Notes: generated by a model not told the origin, from the letters alone. Counted from the stretch's first letter, positions 13,829 through 25,090 are shown. The stretch: 64,000 bases of DNA from Eledone cirrhosa (GCA_964016885.1 OZ024748.1:44268001-44332000); one strand, 5' to 3'. Made by a program: numbers and translations.

Positions 13829-14331
13829 TTAACCCTTTGTATTTACATTACTCTATATATACTATTGTATTTTCACAGTAAAGGCTTTACCTCACATAAT
13901 ACCTCCCATACCATTTACATTACTCTATATATACTATTGTATTTTCACAGTAAAGGCTTTACCTCACATAATATCTCACATAACATTTACATTACTCCAT
14001 ATATACTATTGTATTTTCACAGTAAAGGCTTTACCTCACATAATATCTCACATAACATTTACATTACTCTATATATACTATTGTATTTTCACAGTAAAGG
14101 CTTTACCTCACATAATATCTCACATAACATTTACATTACTCTATATATACTATTGTATTTTCATGATAAAGGCTTTATCTCACATAATATCGAAACTATG
14201 AGATTTTGATATTACTCATATTAAGAACAATACCTTATCATCAGTATGAATGGCCGGTTACAGCCGGTTTGAACAGAAAGAGGTGAGAGAATTATGGCTG
14301 GATATGGCTGGTTTAAATGCTAAAGGGTTAA
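13829..14331 (+). mobile_element. piggyBac-type MITE with internal 72-bp tandem expansion
   Basis: TTAA at both ends; same body as 2425-2632; about 5 copies of the 72-bp unit. Confidence 0.85.
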
Positions 14332-14354
14332 ATTATCTGTTGAGCAGATGGATC

Positions 14355-14579
14355 TTAACCCTTTAGCATTTAAACCAGCCATATCTGGCCAGAATTCTCT
14401 CACCTCTTTCTGTTCAAACTGGCTGTAACTGGCCATTCATACTGATGTTAAGGTATTGTTCTCAAAATAAATCTTATCAAAATCTCATAGATTCAATACT
14501 ATGTGAGACCTTTACTACAATAAAACCTTTACTAGAAAAATATAATAGTAAATAGAGTAGTATAAATATTAATGGTTAA
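14355..14579 (-). mobile_element. piggyBac-type MITE, inverted copy
   Basis: TTAA-CCCTTTAGCATTTAAAC start; reverse complement of the 208-bp element. Confidence 0.8.
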
Positions 14580-14651
14580 TGTGAAACTTCACTTTGTTTT
14601 TAATACATACATATATATATATACACACACACACACATATATATATATATA

Positions 14652-14693
<42 letters not shown>

Positions 14694-14931
14694 CATATAT
14701 CTATATATATGTATATATATGTATATATATATGTATATATATACATATATGTATATATATATATATGTATATATATGTATATATATGTATTGTTATACTT
14801 TGGGAGGGTCATGTTGCCAATAAGTTGCTTTCATTTCAATTTATTATAAATTAAATTTATAAATTTAGGAATTTATAAATTTCCGGTTGGTTGGTTGGTT
14901 GGTTCCACAACCAGATGATTGTTCATATATT

Positions 14932-14974
14932 GTCAAAGTTCTTTCGTCACACATTTTGTGACCTCTCCAGTGAC
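14932..14974 (-). ncRNA. Hammerhead ribozyme, variant core (CUGGAGA)
   Basis: GTCA-CTGGAGA-G-GTCAC(aaaatgt)GTGAC-GAAA-GAAC-TT-TGAC; homologue at 51641-51683. Confidence 0.6.
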
Positions 14975-15171
14975 TAGGGATTCTTTTCTTTGTTTTTGTG
15001 CCTCTCAAAGTATAACAATATCGGTTTCAACACACGTTTTCAGATAAAGAATCTTCCTAAACAAATTCAGAAACGAAATATATATATCATCATCATCATT
15101 TTACGTCCGCTTTTCCCTGCTTGCAAGGGTGGGACGGGAACTGATTCTGGCTTGATTTCTACAGCTGGATA

Positions 15172-15306
<135 letters not shown>

Positions 15307-15307
15307 G

Positions 15308-15495
<188 letters not shown>

Positions 15496-15980
15496 TTGGA
15501 CTGACAGCTAGGGCCACCCCACTCCCACAATTGAAAGAACTATTTCGGCCGCCGACCTCTGCTTGACCGACCCCATTTCACGCGCACGCGCGCTCTGCTG
15601 AATACCTCAGATATTCAAAACAACAAACAGCAGAGGACACGTTTCGTACCTTTCCGACAGACAACTCCCCCCCCCCCCTCCTCCTCCCGAAAAAAAAATC
15701 CCAGTTGATGGATGTGAATCCGAAATATATAGGGACAATTAACTCTCTCCCAAGGTAACTCTATCTCGTGTTGTTATTTTTATCCTTTATGTTCTTTGCT
15801 CCATTCCTCTACACGTTAGTCTTATACACGTCACACATCTCAACGTACACCCACTTACATCTCTCTCTCCACCACTGGATCTTGTTACCCGGAGATTTAC
15901 CCATCTGCATTGTCGAGGCTTCCAAACGACTTAAAGAAATTTACCTTATTATTCCACAATGCTTCAAGCAAACTTCAATA

Positions 15981-16028
<48 letters not shown>

Positions 16029-16042
16029 CATATATATATACA

Positions 16043-17420
16043 TAGAGAAACACTTTGGAACTTCTGGAACTCTCACAGTCTTATCTGGCCCTCGCAATTT
16101 GGATTTATCCCCAACTCCAGCTGCTGTGATCAACTTATCGAGTTTCTTGAAGACATCACCCGGATCACTGATGGCGGCTCATGGGTGGATGTTGTTTACC
16201 TTGACTTTGCGAAAGCCTTCAATTCTGTGCCACACAAAAGGCTTATGGCAAAACTCTCTCAATGGGTGTGAAGGATGATCTTTTTAACTGGTTGAAGTCC
16301 TTCATTCTCAGTCACGGTTCTGGGACAGCATTCCTCACCATATGAGATGTCATCTGGTGTACCACAGGGATCTATTCTTGGCCCCCTTTTGTTTGTGGCA
16401 TATATTAATGACATAGATGCCAACTTAAAGAATGCCACAGTACTAAAGTACGCAGATGACATCAAGCTGTACCTTGAGATAAAAAGGACAGATCCTGAAC
16501 ACTATAGATCTTGCTTGCAGTCTGACCTGGACACAATGCAACAATGGATCTCAGACTGGTAACTCAAGCTAGCTGTGGGCAAGTGCACCACCATGCATTT
16601 TGGGAGTAAAAACCCAGCGTCCACATACTCCCCCCACAGCACTTATATCAAGAAGTCTTCTTGTGAACGTGACCTGGGCATTACGGTCAGCAGCGATTTG
16701 CGTTGGACGAGGCACGTCTCTAAAATTGTCAAGAGGGCCGAGGTTGTCTTAGCATCACTCAGCAAGACCTTTGTCAGCCGCTCTCCAGCCATCTATTTAA
16801 GGCTGTACATGGCTATGGTGTGGCCACACTTAGAATTTGCATCACAGTCTGGAACCCCTATCTTGCTCAGAATATTGACCGCCTGGAAACTGTTCAGAGA
16901 CGTGCAACCAAGCGAATACCCTCCATCAGGCATCTACCATACTCTGAACGCTTTGCTTCTCTGGGCATGATACATTGAAGCTCCGACGCCTGGCAACTGA
17001 CTTGGTAAACATCCACAAAATTGTTAACCATCTTGCCAACAACAACTCTGAGTACCTTTTTGATTTCCATGTGTCTAACACATGTGGGCATGCCCACAAA
17101 GTCAGAAAACATCACAGCTCCCATGACTTTCGAAAACATTTTTTTACGCTCAGAGTTGCTGAAGCATGGAACAAACTACCAGTATCGGTTGTTAGCTGTC
17201 GAGACACTGCATCCTTTAAGGCCTCCATGCTTCCCGAGATTCGCCAACACTACACCTAATATTCCCCCTCCATACACATACACACATGTATATCATGACT
17301 CGTACACTATTCATTTCCCTGACATTTGTGTATTATTCTATGTACTATACATGTACCTTTGACAAGTTGTAGTGCACCTGAGCACTTTACACAATAATTT
17401 CATTATTATTATTTTATTAT
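16043..17420 (+). pseudogene. 5'-truncated, decayed CR1/L2-group LINE (RT and 3' UTR)
   Basis: Across frameshifted ORFs: VDVVYLDFAKAFNSVPH, SGVPQGSILGPLLF, YADDIK, ERDLGI, RKHFFTLRVAEAWNKLP; (ATT)n tail. Confidence 0.92.
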
Positions 17421-17466
17421 AAAATAACAGGAGGCTGGACTGGTGTACTTCCTTGAAAGGTTTATT

Positions 17467-17510
17467 ATACTATGATCATTTCAATGAATCCGGTGACATC
17501 ATCAGGTATT
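17467..17510 (-). ncRNA. Probable degenerate hammerhead ribozyme
   Basis: ATAC-CTGATGA-(weak stem II)-GAAA-TGATCA-TA-GTAT. Confidence 0.5.
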
Positions 17511-17716
17511 TGAAATAAATAAATAACCTAAATATATATATATATATATATGGGATAACAAGTTATTGTTTTAGGTAATCCAGTTAGAGGTTGTGAGTAC
17601 TCTGTACTATGGATAGTTTTAACGTACAGCGTTGTTTGATTCAACAAGAGGTTTCCTTAGTTAGGTAGGGAGTTTGCAATGTATCTATAAATACCAGTGC
17701 CATGTGTTACACCCTC

Positions 17717-17829
17717 CAGTATTCCGATGATTTGATCAGAGACACACTGTATTTAAGGTCGAGTGACGCAATTTCGAGTGATCAGCAGCCTTTAGACTCA
17801 CCTGATCAATGAAACAATTGTTAATACTG
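17717..17829 (+). ncRNA. Hammerhead ribozyme with long loop II, variant core (CCGAUGA)
   Basis: Stem I CAGTATT/AATACTG, stem II TTGATCAG/CTGATCAA, GAAA, palindromic stem III CAATTG, GUU triplet. Confidence 0.65.
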
Positions 17830-17917
17830 TAAATAAAACCCTTTTTGTACAGCCAACCATATTATTCTTCACTCTATCACTATATATATATATATATATA
17901 TAGTTTTAATATAGATG

Positions 17918-17968
17918 AGATTCTACAGGACTAGAACTGTTTCATTCTTTAGAAATCATCAGGAATCT
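17918..17968 (-). ncRNA. Minimal type I hammerhead ribozyme
   Basis: AGATTC-CTGATGA-T-TTCT(aa)AGAA-T-GAAA-CAG(ttctagtc)CTG-TA-GAATCT; GUA triplet. Confidence 0.75.
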
Positions 17969-18348
17969 ATATTAAAACTTTTATACTCTGCTATGTATTG
18001 AGTACCTTACTTACTGTGGATACCTCTGATTCAACCCGGAATAACGTATATATATATCATAAATCATGTCCTTAGAATTATTAGATAAAATATATACAAT
18101 TTCCTCTCCCAATTAGCATAATTAACCATATAAAAAATCAATTAGGCCAGGCTATAAGAATAAAGGCTCCTACTTACTCCTATGAAGAAATATTTGATAA
18201 ATAACCGAAAGCAGCCTCTTCGCGGTTGACCACAATAGAGTATTTACCCAACATTTCAACAGCATGTAGAAACTGACCAAATATATCGTCAACCATACAC
18301 AATTTGGTATAAATTTAAAGTTAGAAGAAACGTGTATATACCATAATT

Positions 18349-18428
18349 ATATCCCTACCATGGTTTCGTTCGTATTTTGAGATATCCTATTAAGGATAAA
18401 TATAGAGTAACGAACTCATCAGGAGACA
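18349..18428 (-). ncRNA. Type I hammerhead ribozyme
   Basis: TGTCTC-CTGATGA-GTTCGT...ACGAAC-GAAA-CCATGG-TA-GGGATA; palindromic stem III; GUA triplet. Confidence 0.82.
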
Positions 18429-18619
18429 AACTCAATAGGACAGTTAATTTTCCAAAGTGATCCCGCCAGAAATAGATTTTAAAAATGGCTAAGAATCGTG
18501 ACGTGGCAGTGGTCAAGTTAGAAAGAATGTGATTAGTTGCTTTCGGCGAGTAGGCTGGTTGCTAGAAAGCGTAGCCAAATATATATATATACATATATAC
18601 ATATATATATATATATACA

Positions 18620-18806
18620 CATCATCATCATTTTACGTCCGCCTTTCCCTGCTTGCAAGGGTGGGACGGGTCCTATTCAGCACAGCATCTCTCCACTCGT
18701 CACGGTCCTTCGTCATCTCCACCGTGAGCTTCAACGATCTGAGGTCTGTTCTCACCACCTCCGCCCATGTTTTTCGTGGTCTACCTCTACCACGTCTTCC
18801 TTCAAC
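18620..18806 (-). mobile_element. RTE LINE (subfamily C) extreme 3' fragment
   Basis: Encodes [14 protein letters not shown]...[11 protein letters not shown]; (TGA)n tail. Confidence 0.88.
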
Positions 18807-18821
18807 TATATATATATATAC

Positions 18822-18858
<37 letters not shown>

Positions 18859-19057
18859 GATACATATATATACATATATATATACATATATATATATACA
18901 CATATATATACATATATATATATATACATATATTACCCACTCTACTACCTCAAGTATTGAGTACTTTGGTGCGTTATGGTCCACATGGTTCCTTACCACA
19001 TTTCCTTCGTTATATATACATATATATATATACACATATATATACATATATATATAC

Positions 19058-19133
<76 letters not shown>

Positions 19134-19134
19134 G

Positions 19135-22100
19135 TTTAGGTTTTTGGACGTATTTAACTGAACAAATTTTGTATTTTTGTTAATCGCTTGTTAAATGCAT
19201 AGACCCATCTCAATCATTACCTTCTTGCTAGCTACCCAACACCCCTCCCTCCCACCCCCACACACCACCATTGCTATTACGTGGACCAATCATAAAACAG
19301 CCCCCACGTATCACCAGTATTATTACGCGGACCAATCAGAAACCAGAGGCCTATACTATCGCTTGCCTGGTTGCCTTTCGATATACGATATATGATGGAT
19401 GGATGGACTGCGGAATCCTGGAGAGTGGAGGTGAGAGAGAAAAATCTGGACGCTCAGCGACAATGCCAAAGATAAAGACAAATTCACCCCTTGGACGAGA
19501 ATGCGAGCACTCCTCATTGTTTCGACCGCGGACGGCTAACATAACCCCATCGCCCCCCGCCCCTCACCGCCCCCAACCCCCAAACGCAATCCAAAACTTC
19601 AGAGTTGGTACCATAAATGTAGGCACCCTAAAGGGTCGCGCTAACGAGGTTGTAGAAATGCTTGAACGTAAGGAGGTCGATGTTTGTTGTATTCAAGAGA
19701 CCAGGTGGAGGGGTGGGTCTGCTAGGTTCATTGAGGGTAAAAAACGTTGTTATAAGCTTTTCTGGGTGGGAAACGACGATGGGCTGGGTGGAGTAGGAAT
19801 CATGGTAGCAGAAAAGTGGGCAGATAAGATAATAGACGTAAATAGAGTGAACGACAGAATAATTAAAATACGACTTGTCCTCAATAGAACTACGGTGACA
19901 GTAATATCTGCGTACGCACCCCAATCCGGACTGCCCGGCACTATAAAAGACAGATTCTATGAGACACTGATGCTAACTACCTCCCAAATATCCGACAGTG
20001 ACTATATAATTATCGCAGGCGACCTAAATGGTCACGTTGGACAACATTGTGACGGCTACGACGAAATCCATGGAGGCTATGGGTTTGGTACTAGAAATGA
20101 GGAAGGCTCCAGAATCCTGGAATTCTGTGATGCAAATAACCTAACTATCTGTAACACTAACTTCAAAAAACGTGACAATCACCTGATCACCTATAGATCC
20201 GGGGAACACACAAGCCAGGTAGATTATATCCTTACCAGAAGACGTGACAGAGTGTCTGTTGTTAACACTAAATCCCTCCCCCATGAAGAATGCACCTCCC
20301 AACATAGACTGATAATTAGCGACCTCATAGTCAGGACGAGACGTACTCGACAACAGAAGAGGACTATCCTCAGGAGGAAAATATGGAAGTTAAAGGACCC
20401 CACAGCCAGGAATAAATTTCAAAGCATATTACTTGATGCTTTCGACAGTAAGGAAGAACATTTAGAGTCGGACAATATAGAGGGAGAGTGGGAATTTCTG
20501 AAAGCAAACCTGCTGTTGGCGACAGACGAGGTCTGTGGCTGGAGCAGGCCTGTAGGCAGGAGGAGAGTAACATGGTGGTGGAACAGTAAGGTGGAGGGGT
20601 CAATTAAGGCCAAAAAGCAGGCTTGGAAAGTATGGCGGGATGGGGGAAGTAGAGAGGACTATCAAGTGGCCAGGAGGGAAGCTAGGAGACAAGTGTACTT
20701 AGCAAGAAGGGAAGCTGAGGAAAGAAAGTTCAAGCATGTTCTACAACGCGATGACCAAAAACGTGAGGTGTTCAGGATTGCTAGGCAATGCGTCAAGGAA
20801 AACCGTGATATTGTCGGGGAGAAGTGTGTACTAAACGACGATGGCACACTTGCCATCACCGACGCTGATAAGAAGGTAGCTTGGAAGTGTCACTATGAAA
20901 GGCTTCTAAATGAGGAGAATAATTGGGAGAAAGGCAGTCTCCCCCATATCGACCCAATAGAGGGACCAGCAGTGTTAGTCGAGGGGAGTATAATAAGTAA
21001 GGCAATCAAGGATATGAAGACTGGTAAGGCGGCTGGGCCTTCGGAAATAGTTGCTGAGATGCTGAAGGCATCTGGCACGGTGGGACACACCATGGTCACC
21101 CGCATAGTTAACCAAGTCGTACAAAACGGGGTTGTTCCGAAGGACTGGCATAGCAGCATCATCGTTAACTGTTATAAGGGTAAAGGAGACGCCCTAGATA
21201 GGAGTAACTATAGAGGCATTAAATTAATCGACCAGGTCATGAAGGTCACGGAAAGAGTAATAGCGCAACTAACCAGAGAGAGAATTGACCTAGATGAAAT
21301 GCAGTTCGGGTTTGTGTCAGGCAAAAGTACCACAGACGCTCTTTTCATAGTACGACAACTACAAGAGAAGTACCTAGCTAAAGGTAAACCCCTCTACTTA
21401 GCTTTTGTCGACTTGGAGAAAGCCTTCGACAGAGTCCCCCGCTCCATTATCTGGTGGGCTCTTAGAAAACTAGGCGTTGACGAATGGCTTGTGAGGGCTA
21501 TACAAGCCATGTATAAAGAAACAGTCAGCAAGGTTAGAATTAACAACGAATATAGTGAAGAGTTTAGCGTAAAAGTCGGCGTCCATCAGGGCTCTGTTCT
21601 CAGTCCACTACTATTTATTATTGCCCTTCAGGCCATAACAGAGGAGTTCAAGACAGGCTGCCCATGGGAACTCCTATACGCAGACGACCTGACACTCATA
21701 GCGGAATCAATGGCCGAGCTAGAGAAGAAATTCCAAACATGGAAGCACGGCCTAGAGTCAAAAGGACTTAAAATTAACCTGGCTAAGACCAAAGTACTAG
21801 TTTGTAGGAAAGAAAACAAGGCGGCGGTCCCTTCTGGGAAATGGTCGTGCTCGGTGTGTAGGAAAGGCGTAGGTAGAAACTCCATTTTATGTCCTAAATG
21901 CAAAGTATGGGTGCATAAAAGATGTAGTGGGATCACAGGTAGGCTAACTAAGAACATAGATTTTACATGTGGCCGGTGCTCTGGTGCAATAAGTAGCAGC
22001 AAGTGCCCACAAACTACTAGCTCTTTCAATTGCGCAGAGGGTTCTATAGAAATAGTGGACAGCTTCCGTTACCTGGGCGATAAAATCAGCAGTGGGGGAG

Positions 22101-23026
22101 GGTGCTCTGAAAGTACTGTAGCTAGAGTCAGAACTGGTTGGAAAAAGTTCAGAGAGCTTATACCACTATTAGCTGCTAAAGGGTTCTCACTAAAAATGAA
22201 AGGCAGGTTGTACGATGCCTGCATACGAACAACAATGCTGCATGGCAGTGAGACCTGGGCATTGTGTGCAGAGGATATACGCAGACTAGAGAGGAACGAA
22301 GCTTGCATGCTCCGCTGGATGTGTAACAGTAATATACGTGAACGGCAAAGCATAAACGAACTAAGGAATAAATTAGAGATAAGAGGGATCAGATGTTGTT
22401 TACTCGAGAGAAGGCTACGTTGGTATGGACACGTGATGCGCATGAAAGTCGATAGCTGTATAACAAAGTGCAGGGCAATAAAGATAGACGGTAGTCACGG
22501 AATAGGCAGACCTAGAAAAACCTGGGACGAGCTGATAAACTCCGACATCACACACTTACACCTCTCCAAGACAATGTCACTGGACCGAGACCTTTGGCGG
22601 TACTCAGTAACAGAGAAGACCCGCCTTACCTAAATATATAGTAAAACCTACTCCAGCCAGTAGGCATCTCTAACAAATACACCCCGTCCCACCACCCCCA
22701 CCCGATCCACACCACCCCGTTCTATGTAAAGTTATGTTGGTGCCGCGCCATCGAGGCCGAAACAAATGAGATCGTGTAGGTGTCACGACAAAAAAAACAC
22801 ACAGTCCACGCTGTAATGTGGCCGTGTAGGCAACACGGTAAAAACCTCCCAGACCCACACTGTAAATGTGGTTGGTGTTAGGAAGGGCATCCAACTGTAG
22901 AAAACCTGCCAGACAGTCCTATGCGAGCAAGACAATCACTCTTGCCTCAAGTGGGACTACCCCCGTCCAAACCCATGCAAGCGTGGAACACGGACGTTAA
23001 ACGCTGATGATGATGATGATGATGAT
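19135..23026 (+). mobile_element. Apparently full-length RTE-clade LINE (subfamily A)
   Basis: Single long ORF, short 5' leader, ~390-bp 3' UTR ending CGGACGTTAAACGC(TGA)n. The 5' boundary is approximate. Confidence 0.93.
19403..22633 (+). CDS. RTE polyprotein: AP endonuclease + reverse transcriptase + internal C4HC3 (PHD-like) finger
   Basis: Uninterrupted frame with GTINVGTL, CIQETRW, AGDLNGH, QVDYIL, FVDLEKAFDRV, GVHQGSVLSPLLF, LLYADD, GRPRKTW. First in-frame ATG is 19403 (alternative 19463); the track start at 19271 is TTG. Confidence 0.95.
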   Translation: MDCGILESGGEREKSGRSATMPKIKTNSPLGRECEHSSLFRPRTANITPSPPAPHRPQPPNAIQNFRVGTINVGTLKGRANEVVEMLERKEVDVCCIQETRWRGGSARFIEGKKRCYKLFWVGNDDGLGGVGIMVAEKWADKIIDVNRVNDRIIKIRLVLNRTTVTVISAYAPQSGLPGTIKDRFYETLMLTTSQISDSDYIIIAGDLNGHVGQHCDGYDEIHGGYGFGTRNEEGSRILEFCDANNLTICNTNFKKRDNHLITYRSGEHTSQVDYILTRRRDRVSVVNTKSLPHEECTSQHRLIISDLIVRTRRTRQQKRTILRRKIWKLKDPTARNKFQSILLDAFDSKEEHLESDNIEGEWEFLKANLLLATDEVCGWSRPVGRRRVTWWWNSKVEGSIKAKKQAWKVWRDGGSREDYQVARREARRQVYLARREAEERKFKHVLQRDDQKREVFRIARQCVKENRDIVGEKCVLNDDGTLAITDADKKVAWKCHYERLLNEENNWEKGSLPHIDPIEGPAVLVEGSIISKAIKDMKTGKAAGPSEIVAEMLKASGTVGHTMVTRIVNQVVQNGVVPKDWHSSIIVNCYKGKGDALDRSNYRGIKLIDQVMKVTERVIAQLTRERIDLDEMQFGFVSGKSTTDALFIVRQLQEKYLAKGKPLYLAFVDLEKAFDRVPRSIIWWALRKLGVDEWLVRAIQAMYKETVSKVRINNEYSEEFSVKVGVHQGSVLSPLLFIIALQAITEEFKTGCPWELLYADDLTLIAESMAELEKKFQTWKHGLESKGLKINLAKTKVLVCRKENKAAVPSGKWSCSVCRKGVGRNSILCPKCKVWVHKRCSGITGRLTKNIDFTCGRCSGAISSSKCPQTTSSFNCAEGSIEIVDSFRYLGDKISSGGGCSESTVARVRTGWKKFRELIPLLAAKGFSLKMKGRLYDACIRTTMLHGSETWALCAEDIRRLERNEACMLRWMCNSNIRERQSINELRNKLEIRGIRCCLLERRLRWYGHVMRMKVDSCITKCRAIKIDGSHGIGRPRKTWDELINSDITHLHLSKTMSLDRDLWRYSVTEKTRLT

Positions 23027-23286
23027 ATATATAATGAAATAAGATAACAAGGATGATTGGTTACTCCTCCATTACGTTTATTGGTTGGTGGCGCGCGTTA
23101 CGCCACTGATCAGCTCGAGGTTCGATCTGTATTGACCTGACTCTGTAATCCGTGGCTCGTCAGACCCCTTGTAATGGAAAAATGAATACATGTTGTATGA
23201 TAAAGTCAGAAGTTCCTATGGTGGTCAGTAAAGTTTGTTTTGATTGGTGGATTAATTCATAGGGATGTTTTTACACTACACTCCCA

Positions 23287-23335
<49 letters not shown>

Positions 23336-23497
23336 TAGGTAAATATACACGGGTGTGTATGATTGTGTATAGAAGATTATATTAATAAGAGGAATTCCAA
23401 CTTTGTCTGATTTACTTGTTTTATTTACAATCCTTTAAAATTTATAATGGTATTATAATGAAATAGTATGATAGAATATTAAATTCTAAGTGTTAAT

Positions 23498-23536
23498 TGA
23501 ACAAGTACTTTCATGCTTTCGCAATCTTCAGGTTCA
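23498..23536 (-). ncRNA. Minimal hammerhead ribozyme (left arm of palindrome)
   Basis: Reverse complement of 23610-23648. Confidence 0.75.
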
Positions 23537-23609
23537 TAATATGTGGTGACAGTCAAGTTTGCAATTTTCAACTGTTGAAAATTGCAAACTTGACTGTCAC
23601 CACACATTA

Positions 23610-23648
23610 TGAACCTGAAGATTGCGAAAGCATGAAAGTACTTGTTCA
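23610..23648 (+). ncRNA. Minimal hammerhead ribozyme (right arm of palindrome)
   Basis: TGAAC-CTGAAGA-T-TGC(gaaa)GCA-T-GAAA-GTAC-TT-GTTCA; palindromic AAGTACTT stem III; CUU triplet. Confidence 0.75.
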
Positions 23649-23832
23649 ATTAACACTTAGAATTTAATATTCTATCATACTATTTCATTATAATACCATT
23701 ATAAATTTTAAAGGATTGTAAATAAAACGAGTAAATCAGACAAAGTTGGAATTCCTCTTATTAATATAATATCTTCTATACACAATCATACACACCCGTG
23801 TATATTTACCTATCTATCTATATATATATATA

Positions 23833-24177
23833 TCATCATCATCATCATCATCATCATTTTACGTCCGCTTTTCCCTGCTTGCAAGGGTGGGACGGGAACT
23901 GATTCTGGCTTGATTTCTACAGCTGGATGCCCTTCCTAACACCAACCTCATTTACAGTGAGTGCTGGGTGCTTTTTGCCGTGGCACCTCCACGACCACTT
24001 TACAGTGGAATGATAGGGACCCCAGTCCCTAGATCTCATTTCTACAGCTGAGTAAACTGGAGCAATGTGAAATAAAGTGTCTTGCTCAAGGAAACAACAC
24101 ATCACCTGGTCTGAGAATTGAACTCACAACCTTTCGATTGCAAGGCCAATGCTCTAACCACTAAGCCATGTGCCTCC
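23833..24177 (-). mobile_element. CORE-SINE with RTE tail
   Basis: Near-identical to 1826-2171. Confidence 0.9.
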
Positions 24178-24994
24178 ATATATATATATATAAGTTATTC
24201 CGGGTTCAATCAGAGGTAACCACAGTAAGTAAAGTACTCAATACATAGCAGAGTATAAATGTTTTAATATAGAAGAGCTTCTACAGGACTAGAACTGTAT
24301 CATTTGTGAGAAATCATCAGGAAGGGTTATATATATACATACATATACATACATGTGTGTGTGTGTCAGCATTATTAATCCTGCCAGCCTACACCTACTC
24401 TAATACGGGTGGGAGAAGGGTGGTCCTTGGAGAAGTCTTTATCTTGAATGTAACCATTGACAAATACCTTCTCCATGTTGTTGATAACAATGACAAACAG
24501 ATTGTTGTCAGTCAGCGCTAGGGTTTGTTGTTAAGCCTACTTAAGCCTTTAGTGGGTTGTTTCATCTACTTAACCTTAACACTTATTGGACACTTGGTCC
24601 ACTTAACAGCAGGGGATTGGGATGGTGTAGGGCTGAGATTTGATCTACTTTACACCCCCCCCCCCCCCCCCCCCGCCCCCTCCTTCCCAAGCACTTAGGG
24701 ATTCGGTGCCTACTTTATCCCCAAACACTTAGTAGGAGTGTACTTGATCTACTTTGCCCTTTTGATACCAAACCAACCAAAACCACCTCTGGTCCTATGA
24801 AACAAATCCATCAATTTTAAAGGGTTCCTATTTAACTATTTAGATACCAACCCTGCCAAAACCACCTCTGGTCCTATGAAACAAACCCATCAATTTTAAA
24901 GGGTTCCTATTCATATTGTGGCTCCAGCATATACTTTAGGTTGAGTATTTTTTTCTTGTTTGTGTTATATACATTTGTGTTATTTTCAAAATGA

Positions 24995-25090
24995 TTTCAC
25001 ATTACACATATAGTGTATTTCACATTACACATATAGTGTATTTCACATTACACATATAGTGTATTTCACATTACACATATAGTGTATTTC
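24995..25090. repeat. 23-bp tandem repeat, about 4 copies
   Basis: ATTTCACATTACACATATAGTGT. Confidence 0.85.

Larger units (their letters stand above)
23331..23818. repeat. ~490-bp near-perfect palindrome (foldback element)
   Basis: Arms of about 243 bp around a single T at 23573; at least two substitutions and one 2-bp indel between arms; (TA)n on both sides. Confidence 0.95.

Noticed and set aside
15625-15735. Two hammerhead-like fragments
   Set aside because: One lacks the CUGANGA half and the other has two core mismatches (CAGTTGA); not called as features.
19628-22443. Antisense ORFs within RTE elements
   Set aside because: Short shadow frames of the RT ORF with no recognisable motifs.
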